Assembly: GCA_022843095.1 (NCBI GenBank)
Contig: JALHOH010000002.1
Location: 450,001 to 482,000, forward strand
Length of the DNA: 32,000 nucleotides
Source of the DNA: Candidatus Saccharimonadota bacterium
GTDB taxonomy: Bacteria; Patescibacteriota; Patescibacteriia; 2-12-FULL-60-25
Direction of reading: 5' to 3'
Below, piece after piece: positions 8,252 through 16,378 of the stretch (position 1 is its first letter; each line of letters opens with the position of its first letter). The notes under the pieces are model-generated. The model did no database searches, was not told where the DNA came from, and saw only the letters and a list, made by a program, of their open reading frames with translations. The position numbers and the translations under genes were made by a program.

Positions 8252-9461
8252 CATGATACGCCTCCAGGACTGTTCGGAGATGCGCCTCCCAGGTATGGCG
8301 TTCGTGAATCCGTGCGCGTCCTTCGCGCCCCATCGCATCACGCACCTCTTTGGGCGCAGCTAAAAACCGGCGCAGGTTGCGCACCCAATCATCAACATCA
8401 CCAGGCGTCACCAAATACCCGTTCTCGCCATCTGTCACAAGCTCCGGATTCCCTCCAATCCGTGTGGCAAGACAAGGGATCCCGTCCGCCATCGCCTCAA
8501 GGAGAGATCCGCTGCAGTTTTCGTACATGAGCGTTGGCAGGAGCACCGCCTCGGCACGCGCACGCACGCGAGCTAATTCCGCCGGCGGAAGAAATCCCAC
8601 AAACTCAAGATTCGTGGCGCCTAATTGGTCCGCAAGTGTGCGTAATGCAGATTCTTCCGGTCCACGTCCAACGAACTTTACCGGCAATTCTGGAATCCGC
8701 GCCGCCGCTTCCACAAACGATCGAAGTCCTTTTTCGGCAGACAATCGTCCGGCATACAGCACATACCCCCCTCCGCGTGGCGCAGGAGCCGCAGGAAACG
8801 CCGTAGGATTTGGCGCATAGGTGAGTTTTCCCGGCGGCTGTCCCCAATCCTCCATCTTTTCACGCATGAACTTTGAAGGACACAAAAACGTCTGCACCGT
8901 TTTTTCATAGGAAAGACGCGTTTTTGCGAGCCCCATCTCCAACGCAGCAAGGACATTTGGCAGAAGCGCTTCGTTTACGCACCGATACCGCACGACATTG
9001 CGATAATCTCCCGTTTTACACCGTTCACAGGGTGCACCTTGCGTGTACATTTTGTAGTTCGCGCATCCGACCACTTTATAATCATGCAACGTCTGGACGC
9101 AGCGGATCCCTCGTTTTCGAATGGGCGCCAAAACCGAGGTCGAAAGATGGTTGTAGATATTGTGCAAATGCACCACGTCCGGCTTGATGCGATCCAAGAG
9201 CTCCGCCATCGCGCGACGCGCCTCCAAATTCCAAAGGTAATTCGCAGCAATCACGGCATCCGTACCGAGCCCATGGCGCTTGCCCAAATCATATCGCGTC
9301 ACAAATGCACCGGCATCCGCGCTTGCCAGATTCTTTTCTGAAGTCGTGGAAAACGCATGGACTTCATGTCCTGCTTCACGTTGTTTCTGCATGAGCTCGT
9401 GCATGTACACCTCTGCACCGCCATGGAGATCAAAAAACTTGTTTACGTGGAGGATTCGCAT
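8241..9461 (-). CDS. glycosyltransferase family 4 (GT-B)
   Basis: N-terminus MRILHVNKFFDLHGGAEVY. The C-terminal half has the EX7E-like region (PTLMYENCSGSLLEAMADGIPCLATRIGGNPELV). A Cys-rich insertion (C..C-x2-C ... C) is present. Confidence 0.85.
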   Translation of the reverse strand: MRILHVNKFFDLHGGAEVYMHELMQKQREAGHEVHAFSTTSEKNLASADAGAFVTRYDLGKRHGLGTDAVIAANYLWNLEARRAMAELLDRIKPDVVHLHNIYNHLSTSVLAPIRKRGIRCVQTLHDYKVVGCANYKMYTQGAPCERCKTGDYRNVVRYRCVNEALLPNVLAALEMGLAKTRLSYEKTVQTFLCPSKFMREKMEDWGQPPGKLTYAPNPTAFPAAPAPRGGGYVLYAGRLSAEKGLRSFVEAAARIPELPVKFVGRGPEESALRTLADQLGATNLEFVGFLPPAELARVRARAEAVLLPTLMYENCSGSLLEAMADGIPCLATRIGGNPELVTDGENGYLVTPGDVDDWVRNLRRFLAAPKEVRDAMGREGRARIHERHTWEAHLRTVLEAYHVTT

Positions 9462-10525
9462 ACTTCGCCGTACACACGCGCATACGCCTGCGCCATGGTC
9501 CCAAGAGAAAACCGCTCGCGCACAATCCGCTGCGCCCGCTTTGCCTTCTCTATTGCCCGTGCCGGGTCATCCAGAGACTGTGCAATCGCGGCCGACCATC
9601 CCGCCACATCGTCCGGCGCGACAAAGGTGGTTGAATCTTCGGTAAACGTCTCGTGCAACACCGGAAGATCCGAAGCGATCGTTGGAACACCCGAGGCCAT
9701 CCCTTCGAGCAATACGAGCCCCTGGCCCTCTTCACGCGACGGAAACAGGAGCAGATCGACATCGGGAAGGAGCGGTGCGATATCCGGTACCGCTCCAACA
9801 AATCGGACGCGCGGCAAGATACCCAACGTCTGCGCAAGCGCCCGCAAACGGTCCTCCTCGGGCCCCTCCCCGATCACGGTGAGCGTCCAGGGACGTTTCA
9901 CCTGGGCACACGCGCGAAAGACCGTCGCAAAGTTCTTACTGGGAACCAATCGGCCGATCACGGCACAACGCGGGATATCCCGGCGCCCCTGCGGACGCGA
10001 TGCGATAAATCGGGAAAGATCGATGCCTAAGCGCACAACCCCCGTCTGCGCCTCAGTCAACCCATACCGCTTGATTGCGAGCGTGCGCAATTCTTCCGAA
10101 ATTGCGAGGACCCGATGTGCGCGTCGATAACATCTCCCACGAAGATATGAACGGATTACCCCGTCTTCCGGCATATGGCTATGAATCGTCGAAATCCAGG
10201 GATAACGCCGGTCCCGCAGCGCCGCGATCCCTCCCCAAACATCCATGCCAAGATGTGTGTGCAACACCTCAGCGCGTGTTCGGCGCATGTGCTCGGAAAT
10301 CCAACCGGATAACGCAAGCCGTCGGTACGATCCGCCGATCGAAGGCGCCACCGCAACCGAGACACCCGTCGCACGAAACGCCGCCTCCAATTCTCCGCCC
10401 ACCGCCGCGGCGACGGAAGGGATCACGCCAAACGTCGGAAGCGTCCGACAAAGATCCAAGAGCATCCGCTCGGCGCCCCCCAAACCCAGCGACCACGTCG
10501 TGAGCAAAACGCGTTTAGACGTCAT
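9443..10525 (-). CDS. glycosyltransferase family 4 (GT-B)
   Basis: N-terminus RVLLTTWSLGLGGAERMLLDL. The C-terminal region reads FPSREEGQGLVLLEGMASGVPTIASD. It overlaps both neighbours by 11-19 nt, which indicates an operon. Confidence 0.85.
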   Translation of the reverse strand: MTSKRVLLTTWSLGLGGAERMLLDLCRTLPTFGVIPSVAAAVGGELEAAFRATGVSVAVAPSIGGSYRRLALSGWISEHMRRTRAEVLHTHLGMDVWGGIAALRDRRYPWISTIHSHMPEDGVIRSYLRGRCYRRAHRVLAISEELRTLAIKRYGLTEAQTGVVRLGIDLSRFIASRPQGRRDIPRCAVIGRLVPSKNFATVFRACAQVKRPWTLTVIGEGPEEDRLRALAQTLGILPRVRFVGAVPDIAPLLPDVDLLLFPSREEGQGLVLLEGMASGVPTIASDLPVLHETFTEDSTTFVAPDDVAGWSAAIAQSLDDPARAIEKAKRAQRIVRERFSLGTMAQAYARVYGEVCESST

Positions 10526-11954
10526 AGGAGGTCAAAAAATCCGGATCGCGTTGGACTTGCTTAGCAAAGAAAAACTGTCCGGCCGCCAGCGCGATCCCGA
10601 CCGGCAACCACCAACGAGCTGTCCAATATGTTGTATCAAACACCTGATACACCGACATCGCGATCACGCCAGCAAGTAAATAGGCAAACGCCGTCCGTTC
10701 GGGGGTCCCAACGATCATCCGCCGCCACTGCTTCCAAAACAACCAGAACCCATTTGCAACAACACCAAGCAAGGCAAGGAGTCCCACGATTCCGGTCTCG
10801 GCTCCCACCTTTTGCAGAACACCATGCGCATCAATCGGCGCTCCAAATTCGATGGTGTACGCATACGTCGAAGCCACATGCGACAGGAATGTTCCCGCCC
10901 CGACCCCGATCCATGGACTTTGTTGAAACACATGCCAGGCGATTTCGTTCACCATCTGCCGCGTGTCTGTGGATCCGCGCACACCGGGAGTAAAAAACGA
11001 TTGCACCAAAAGGAACGCGAACGGCGCAAGCAAAAACGCTGCGTACACCAACAGATCCGTTCGGGAACGGAGATAGGCGCGCCAGATGGTTGCCATCAAA
11101 AACACGCATCCGATCCCCAGCGCGAGCCATGCACTGCGCGCAAGAGTCAAAAGCGCAACCACGGCCATAAATGCCGCCCCAACATACGCCACGGCACGGG
11201 CACGTTCGACGCGCACGAGCGATGCAAACGCCATCGCTGCAGCTGCAGCAAAAATCAACACTTCCGCCAACGCATTATGATTCCCTCCCAATAAATTCAC
11301 CCCACCCAACACGAGAGGACGCGCTCGGTGGATCGTAAAGAGTCCCCCTTCAAACACAAACAGAGACGCGAATCCGTTCATGGCAAAATACGCCCCAATG
11401 ACGGCAATCACGCCAAGCACGACCAATAGTCGTTTCCGCGCATGAATAAAGTTTACCGGGATGAGCACGCAGGTCAGGTACACCAATAACACGGGACGAA
11501 ACGCATATTTGATGACAGCCGCTGCAGAGGGCTCGGTTGCAGATAAAAGCGACAACACATGCGCAGCAACGAGTCCCACCACGGAAAACAGCAGCGGCGC
11601 TTCCGGTTTCCAGTGCCAATCACGTCTGCCACGCCAAAGCGTCAACATGCGAATCCCCCACGCGACAAGCAACATGGCCGCCAACGCCTCGGAAACCTGA
11701 ATATCAATGGAACCCCGCACAATATCCGACACAAACAGGAACTGACCGGCGGGAATAGACACCTGCCAACCCAGCAAAAGCGATGTTCCCACAAATGCGT
11801 ACAACGCCGCATACGGAAAACGCAACACCAAGCCAAACACAATCGCGCCGATCACGGTCACAATCAGCGGCGCGCCTGCTCCAAACGCAGCGGCAAACGA
11901 CGTTCCGATCACGACAAGCAACGCCCCCCACCAAATACGCGGGAGCGATGCCAT
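10515..11954 (-). CDS. O-antigen ligase/polymerase-like (Wzy_C family) polytopic membrane protein
   Basis: About 10-12 predicted TM helices with a large loop carrying the H/R-containing Wzy_C-like region (LARSAWLALGIG...). The start is uncertain. I chose ATG at 11954 (MASLPRIWWGALL); the ORF track starts at GTG 12047. Confidence 0.72.
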   Translation of the reverse strand: MASLPRIWWGALLVVIGTSFAAAFGAGAPLIVTVIGAIVFGLVLRFPYAALYAFVGTSLLLGWQVSIPAGQFLFVSDIVRGSIDIQVSEALAAMLLVAWGIRMLTLWRGRRDWHWKPEAPLLFSVVGLVAAHVLSLLSATEPSAAAVIKYAFRPVLLVYLTCVLIPVNFIHARKRLLVVLGVIAVIGAYFAMNGFASLFVFEGGLFTIHRARPLVLGGVNLLGGNHNALAEVLIFAAAAAMAFASLVRVERARAVAYVGAAFMAVVALLTLARSAWLALGIGCVFLMATIWRAYLRSRTDLLVYAAFLLAPFAFLLVQSFFTPGVRGSTDTRQMVNEIAWHVFQQSPWIGVGAGTFLSHVASTYAYTIEFGAPIDAHGVLQKVGAETGIVGLLALLGVVANGFWLFWKQWRRMIVGTPERTAFAYLLAGVIAMSVYQVFDTTYWTARWWLPVGIALAAGQFFFAKQVQRDPDFLTSYDV

Positions 11955-12136
11955 CCAACCAACGCGAGTCGCCAGTGCCTCCACAAAAGAAGTGTACCAC
12001 AGCCCAAGTGCGTGCAAGCGTTTTCGCAACGATATTCCACAAGGCACACCCGGCGCACAATTTGATGGGATCCATGATCAGACAAGCGACGTTGAACTCG
12101 TCCTCATCTACCGGACAAACTAAAAACGCAGGCAAC

Positions 12137-12166
12137 AGAAAACCCCCGCACCAGTTGGTGCGGGGG
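12137..12166 (-). terminator. rho-independent terminator after lipoprotein A
   Basis: 10-bp GC stem cccccgcacc/ggtgcggggg (12143-12152 / 12157-12166) with a 4-nt loop. On the minus strand TTTTCTGTT follows. The plus-strand side is also T-rich (tgttgtttt). Confidence 0.7.
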
Positions 12167-12181
12167 TGTTGTTTTGAACGA

Positions 12182-13879
12182 TTACGGCGTGATACGCGTG
12201 CCGTCCGGGCACTGGCCACGGTACCAGCGCTCGATCGGCACCGCGAGCCGGATGAACTGCGGGTTCATCCGCGTCGGGTCCGAGTAGATGTCACGGCAGA
12301 CCCCGGTCTGCATCGTGATGTCCTCCATCCCCATGGTGACGGAAGAAATGCCCGCCGTCGTCGCGCTGCGGTGCAGGAACGGCGACCAATCGCGCTTCCC
12401 GGCACCGCAGTACGCGTCGACGATGAGCCATCCCGTCCACCAGGGCTGGACCGCGAGGTTGAGCGCGCCGCCCGGAGGAGCGTTGCGCTCGATCCCGCCA
12501 CTCCCCGCGACGGGCTCCCAGGCACGAAGCGTCCACCCGCTGGGGCAGGCGCCGAAGAGCGCGACGTTCGGAACGATCCGGAGGTCGTTGCACCCGACCG
12601 CGCCATCGCAGAACGACCCAGAAACGGGCACGTCCACGACCGCCGCATCCGCCATGGCGTCCGAGACGACGTCCGCAGACGCATCCATGGACGCCATCGC
12701 GTCTACGACATCGGCGGTCACGTCCGGAGACGCGTCCGCCATCGCATCCGCGGTGGCATCGACTCCGGCTTCCCGCACGTCAGCGACGTCTGCCGCGACG
12801 TCGGGCGCCGCATCCGGCATCACGTCCGCGACCGCGTCCATCCCGGCGTCTGCCACGACATCCGCCATCGCATCCGCTCCTGCCTCGCGCACGTCCGCCA
12901 CGACGTCCGGCTGCACATCCGCTGCCACGTCGGGCTGGACATCGGGCGAGGCATCCACCGCTGCTTCCGCCGCGGCATCCGTCCCCGCCTCGCGCACGTC
13001 CGGCGCATCCGCCTGGACATCCGACGTAGCGTCCGTCGCCATCATCCCGTCTGCCGGCGTCATCGCATCCACGACACCCGCGTCTCCGATCGGCGCCATG
13101 CACGCCAGAACCGCGAAGCAGAGCGTCGAACCCGCGCAGTAATCCGCGCAGGTCATGAGCCCGACGTTGTTGCAGCGATCCAGGCAGAGCAACGGCTGCG
13201 TCGGCAGCACGCACGGGCATCCGGAACGCGCCGCATCCGTCGTGGGAATGACGACGTCCGGAGGTACGACGACGTCGGCCGCCATCATGGCGTCCGCACC
13301 CGCATCCATCGGCATCGCCGCGTCCGCAGGCACCACCACGTCCATCGCCGGAGCGCTGTCCATCATGGCAACGTCCGCGCCGACATCCGCCATGGCATCC
13401 GCCGGGGTCATCGCGTCCGAAGATGCGTCCGCGACCGGCATCCCCGCATCTCCGCATCCGAGCGAGATCGGCTGGCACGAAGACCAGACGTTCATGCCCG
13501 GAAGGCAGATCTGCGCGACGACACAGGTCGCCGTGCTCGCCGCGCACGTCCGCGGTCCATCGACCGCCGCGTTGCAGGGCGAACCGGCCGGGACCTCCAT
13601 CGGCATGCATGCCGAGGCGGCGCGCACATCCGTAGGCAGACAGCGCGACCACCCGAACGATCCGGTCGACGGATCGCGCAAGCAGACGCTGACGCCCTCG
13701 GTGTTGCAGGCGGCCACGCAGGTGGTGGTCCGCCCCTCGTTCGCCATCCCGCACATCCCAGCATCAGCCGGCGGCGGGGTGGTGATCCCCCCATCCGGCG
13801 AACCGGACGGGAAGGGAAAAATGCAGCCGCTCATCCCCATGATGAGCGCGCAGACCAGAACCCAGTACGCGTGTCGCAT
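12182..13879 (-). CDS. secreted Cys-rich lipoprotein A (565 aa) with acidic D/A/V/M low-complexity linkers and the shared C-terminal RG[QR]CP domain
   Basis: Start ATG 13879 is preceded by AAGGAGGAACCA (SD AGGAGG, 5-nt spacer). The signal peptide has a lipobox-like motif: MRHAYWVLVCALIMGMSGC. The C-terminal ~145 aa align with the C-termini of the products of 14129-15706 and 15893-16360. Confidence 0.8.
   Translation of the reverse strand: MRHAYWVLVCALIMGMSGCIFPFPSGSPDGGITTPPPADAGMCGMANEGRTTTCVAACNTEGVSVCLRDPSTGSFGWSRCLPTDVRAASACMPMEVPAGSPCNAAVDGPRTCAASTATCVVAQICLPGMNVWSSCQPISLGCGDAGMPVADASSDAMTPADAMADVGADVAMMDSAPAMDVVVPADAAMPMDAGADAMMAADVVVPPDVVIPTTDAARSGCPCVLPTQPLLCLDRCNNVGLMTCADYCAGSTLCFAVLACMAPIGDAGVVDAMTPADGMMATDATSDVQADAPDVREAGTDAAAEAAVDASPDVQPDVAADVQPDVVADVREAGADAMADVVADAGMDAVADVMPDAAPDVAADVADVREAGVDATADAMADASPDVTADVVDAMASMDASADVVSDAMADAAVVDVPVSGSFCDGAVGCNDLRIVPNVALFGACPSGWTLRAWEPVAGSGGIERNAPPGGALNLAVQPWWTGWLIVDAYCGAGKRDWSPFLHRSATTAGISSVTMGMEDITMQTGVCRDIYSDPTRMNPQFIRLAVPIERWYRGQCPDGTRITP
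12626..13087 (-). repeat. low-complexity acidic repeat region (aa 265-418 of lipoprotein A); three imperfect ~35-38-aa units each starting DVREAG
   Basis: The translation shows DVREAGTDAAAEAAVDASPDVQPDVAADVQPDVVA / DVREAGADAMADVVADAGMDAVADVMPDAAPDVAADVA / DVREAGVDATADAMADASPDVTADVV.... A second D/A/M/V tract lies at 13232-13453. Confidence 0.7.
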
Positions 13880-13957
13880 TGGTTCCTCCTTGTGCGACGG
13901 GTTGGTGAGGCAACGTGCCTCGTTTTCGTTCGTCCTTCTGTGAATGAACGTGCGCTG

Positions 13958-13986
13958 ACCGTAGGCAAAAATGGCAAAAAAGTCAA
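13958..13986 (-). promoter_or_regulatory. putative sigma70-like promoter for lipoprotein A
   Basis: Minus strand reads TTGACT, then 17 nt, then TACGGT. The -35 is good and the -10 is weak (3/6). It lies between the terminator-like hairpin of gene B and the start of gene A. Confidence 0.3.
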
Positions 13987-14020
13987 GGGTCCCCTGCCAA
14001 TTTTTACGCTCAGACAATAA

Positions 14021-14064
14021 GAAAACCGGCGCACCCCCCTGTTTGTGACAGGCGGATACGCCGG
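14021..14064 (-). terminator. probable terminator after lipoprotein B
   Basis: Minus strand reads gCCGGCGtatccgCCTGTcacaaACAGGggggtgCGCCGGTTTTCTTATT. This is a nested stem followed by a T-rich tail, 65 nt after the stop at 14129. Confidence 0.4.
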
Positions 14065-14128
14065 CAAGCGATTGATTCTTCGTAGAATCAGCGGATTTTC
14101 GTGGAGATTCCGCACACTCCGAGATAGT

Positions 14129-15706
14129 TCAGGGGCAGCGGCCGCGGAACGTGGCGTCGAGCGGTGCAAGTGGACGATTGAATCCGCCCCACGTGCACAC
14201 CCGACCCGCATCACTACGCAGCTCTTCGCCTTCCCAGGTCATAGAAGCGATGCCGGCCTCCGAAACTGGACGCCCCTGGAGCGAAGCGGGCCAGGTCACC
14301 CAACGCGCAGATCCAAGATCGGACCCGCAGCGGACGGCGACCGCAGCCACGCCACGCCACGACTCGGGAAGGACCTCCCGGAAGGGCTGCCCCGCGACCG
14401 AATCCCGACGCTCACCGCCAGGACCGAAGACGGAAGTGATCCAGCCCGAGGCACACACACCACAGTTGGTGCAGTTCCCCGGGACATTGAACCACGCGAC
14501 GTCCGATGCGATGCGCAGCTCTCGGGCGACGCCCACCGGCGTTCCGCCCGAGCACCCTTCGTCGATGCTCCCGTCGCAGTCGTCGTCGATACCGTTGCCG
14601 CACACCTCTGCGACCGGCGTTCCCGTCGTGCAGACGTTGAGGGCACCGGCGACGCATCGATCCACGACCCGACGGCAGGCGCCAACGCCGCACTCGGTGG
14701 TGCCGAGCAGTTCGTCGGTCATTCCGTCACAGTCGTCGTCGCGACCGTTGCAGGTCTCTGCCACAGGCGTGCAGGTCGGCGTGGTAGCCGGGCAGGTCGC
14801 GACGATCCCGTCGCAGTTCTCGTCCACGGCATTGCCGCAGACTTCCGCCCCCGTGGGGACGCACGGCGCGGGGCACCCTTCGTCGATGCTCCCGTCGCAG
14901 TCGTCGTCCTGCCCGTTCGAGCAGATCTCCGCGACCGGGGTTCCGGCTACACAGATGTTCGGACCACCCGAAACACACATAGAGACCGTTCGGATACAGC
15001 GGCCAACGCCACAGGTGACATTCCCTTCATCGGTCTGGCCGTCGCAGTCGTCATCGCGACCGTTACACACCTCCGCGGCCGGGATGCACGCGGGCATCAC
15101 CGGACACATCGTGGCAACGCCGTCGCAGTTCTCGTCCACGGCATTGCCGCAGACTTCGGGCGACGAAGGACCGGGAACACACGTCACCGTCCCCTCGCAC
15201 CCCTCGACCTGGCGCTGGCATGCGCCGACGCCGCAAGTAATGCGGACACGGGCGCACACAGCGTCGGTCGGGATGATGACGTCCGTTACCGGAGCGACGT
15301 CAGAGCCATCCGCCGCATCGGTCACAACATCCGCTGACGCGTCCGCTGCACCGCTGCAGGCGCCGGCGACGCAGGTCTGACCCGCGTTGCAGGCGCGCCG
15401 ACACGCACCGCAGTGCGCGACATCCGTCTGCGTGTTCACGCAGGCGCCGCCGCAGGTCGTTTGCCCCTCGGCGCAGGCGCCGGGGACAGATGCCTCCGTC
15501 GGAATCGCGTCCGTTTCCACGGACGCCTCGCGCACCGGAACCGGCGTCACCGCCGTGTCCGGGATCGCATCCCCCACCGCGCCCTCACGGGCAACGGCGG
15601 CATCGGAGAGACGAGCCGCGTCCGTGGAATCGATCAACGACTCCACGTGGCAGCCCGCCAGAACGAGAACCATCGCGGCCAACAGGCCGCACATCCACTG
15701 CTTCAT
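14129..15706 (-). CDS. secreted Cys-rich lipoprotein B (525 aa) with six MopE-like CxxxDDDCDGxxDE motifs and the shared C-terminal RG[QR]CP domain
   Basis: ATG 15706 is preceded by GGGAGGAGAGTTCG. The lipoprotein signal is MKQWMCGLLAAMVLVLAGC (canonical LAGC lipobox). The N-terminal region has a CGGACVNTQTDVAHCGACRRACNAGQTCVAGAC motif. Repeat motifs include EVCNGRDDDCDGQTDEG, EICSNGQDDDCDGSIDEGC and EVCGNAVDENCDG. Confidence 0.85.
   Translation of the reverse strand: MKQWMCGLLAAMVLVLAGCHVESLIDSTDAARLSDAAVAREGAVGDAIPDTAVTPVPVREASVETDAIPTEASVPGACAEGQTTCGGACVNTQTDVAHCGACRRACNAGQTCVAGACSGAADASADVVTDAADGSDVAPVTDVIIPTDAVCARVRITCGVGACQRQVEGCEGTVTCVPGPSSPEVCGNAVDENCDGVATMCPVMPACIPAAEVCNGRDDDCDGQTDEGNVTCGVGRCIRTVSMCVSGGPNICVAGTPVAEICSNGQDDDCDGSIDEGCPAPCVPTGAEVCGNAVDENCDGIVATCPATTPTCTPVAETCNGRDDDCDGMTDELLGTTECGVGACRRVVDRCVAGALNVCTTGTPVAEVCGNGIDDDCDGSIDEGCSGGTPVGVARELRIASDVAWFNVPGNCTNCGVCASGWITSVFGPGGERRDSVAGQPFREVLPESWRGVAAVAVRCGSDLGSARWVTWPASLQGRPVSEAGIASMTWEGEELRSDAGRVCTWGGFNRPLAPLDATFRGRCP
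14549..15157 (-). repeat. intragenic tandem duplication, 2 x ~312 nt (2 x 104 aa), each copy carrying three MopE-like motifs
   Basis: The exact 37-nt string cgtcgcagttctcgtccacggcattgccgcagacttc occurs at 14809-14845 and 15121-15157, an offset of 312 nt. The protein copies aa 184-287 and 288-386 are collinear. Confidence 0.85.
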
Positions 15707-15798
15707 CGAACTCTCCTCCCGGGCTATGCCCGGATTGTTGAAAAATGAACCGAATTCACGAGAAAATCCGTGGTTACGGCTTTCGATCGTGACAAGAG

Positions 15799-15827
15799 AA
15801 TATAGCAGCTTTTTCCGATTTTGTCAA
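15799..15827 (-). promoter_or_regulatory. putative sigma70-like promoter for lipoprotein B
   Basis: Minus strand reads TTGACA (15827-15822), a 17-nt spacer, then TATATT (15804-15799). This is 6/6 and 5/6 matches to consensus. It lies just downstream of the gene C terminator and ~90 nt upstream of ATG 15706. Confidence 0.55.
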
Positions 15828-15839
15828 GCGTCGCTAGAC

Positions 15840-15867
15840 AAAAAAACCGCTTCCAGGACAGAAGCGG
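15840..15867 (-). terminator. rho-independent terminator after lipoprotein C
   Basis: Minus strand reads CCGCTTCtgtcctgGAAGCGG followed by TTTTTTT. It starts 26 nt after the stop at 15893. Confidence 0.75.
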
Positions 15868-15892
15868 GTGCGTCGAATCAGACGCGGAAACT

Positions 15893-16360
15893 TCAGGGGC
15901 AACGCCCCTCGTTGGTGGTGACGAGCCCGACCAGCGGACGGACCACGGTTCCCCAGGCCGGAGGCGCCCAGGGGTCCACGCAGAAGCGCGTGACGCCGGT
16001 CGTGTCGCGACCGCGGAATCGGACGCTGACGCCGCCATCTCCGGCCGTGCGCCCCAGCATCCCCTGGCCCCAACGGTGCCAGTCCGTCCCGCACCGCGCG
16101 CCAACCGCAGCGTACCCACGCCATCCCTCGTCCGTCTCCAGGCGGACGGTGCCGGAACGCTGGCTAAGCTCGACCCCACCCGGGCCGAACACGACCGCCT
16201 CCCATCCCCCAGCGCACGGGGGAAGGGCGCCCAAATTGAGCGAAACGACGAGGGTATTCGGGCCCTCGGTGGCCACCGGCTGCATGGCCGGCGGGGTGTT
16301 CAGGGACTCGACATGGCAGCCCAGCATGAGCGCCACGCAGACAAAAAAGGTGCGTCGCAT
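15893..16360 (-). CDS. small lipoprotein C (155 aa): signal peptide plus the shared C-terminal RG[QR]CP domain only
   Basis: ATG 16360 is preceded by GTAGGAGGTTTCG (GGAGG, 5-nt spacer). The signal is MRRTFFVCVALMLGC, followed by HVESL exactly as in protein B. The rest aligns with the C-terminal domains of A and B. Confidence 0.8.
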   Translation of the reverse strand: MRRTFFVCVALMLGCHVESLNTPPAMQPVATEGPNTLVVSLNLGALPPCAGGWEAVVFGPGGVELSQRSGTVRLETDEGWRGYAAVGARCGTDWHRWGQGMLGRTAGDGGVSVRFRGRDTTGVTRFCVDPWAPPAWGTVVRPLVGLVTTNEGRCP

Positions 16361-16378
16361 CGAAACCTCCTACGCCGT

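Noticed and set aside
12626-13453. Short-period DNA repeats considered as a CRISPR array or a DGR variable region
   Set aside because: There is no constant repeat alternating with unique spacers of regular length. The periodicity is codon-level within a coding frame. No reverse transcriptase, template repeat or cas gene is present in the window.
11783-14020. 745-aa plus-strand ORF, the longest in the window, antisense to lipoprotein A
   Set aside because: Its translation is Arg/His/Asp/Val-rich low-complexity with no recognisable domain, signal or SD. It mirrors the repeat tracts of the minus-strand gene. The minus-strand gene has an SD, a lipoprotein signal and a domain shared with two neighbours. 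This is a typical shadow ORF of GC-rich DNA.
14074-14089. Palindrome GATTCTtcgtAGAATC downstream of lipoprotein B
   Set aside because: The arms are only 6 bp and there is a single copy. It has no adjacent promoter hexamers or T-run, so evidence for an operator or terminator is insufficient.
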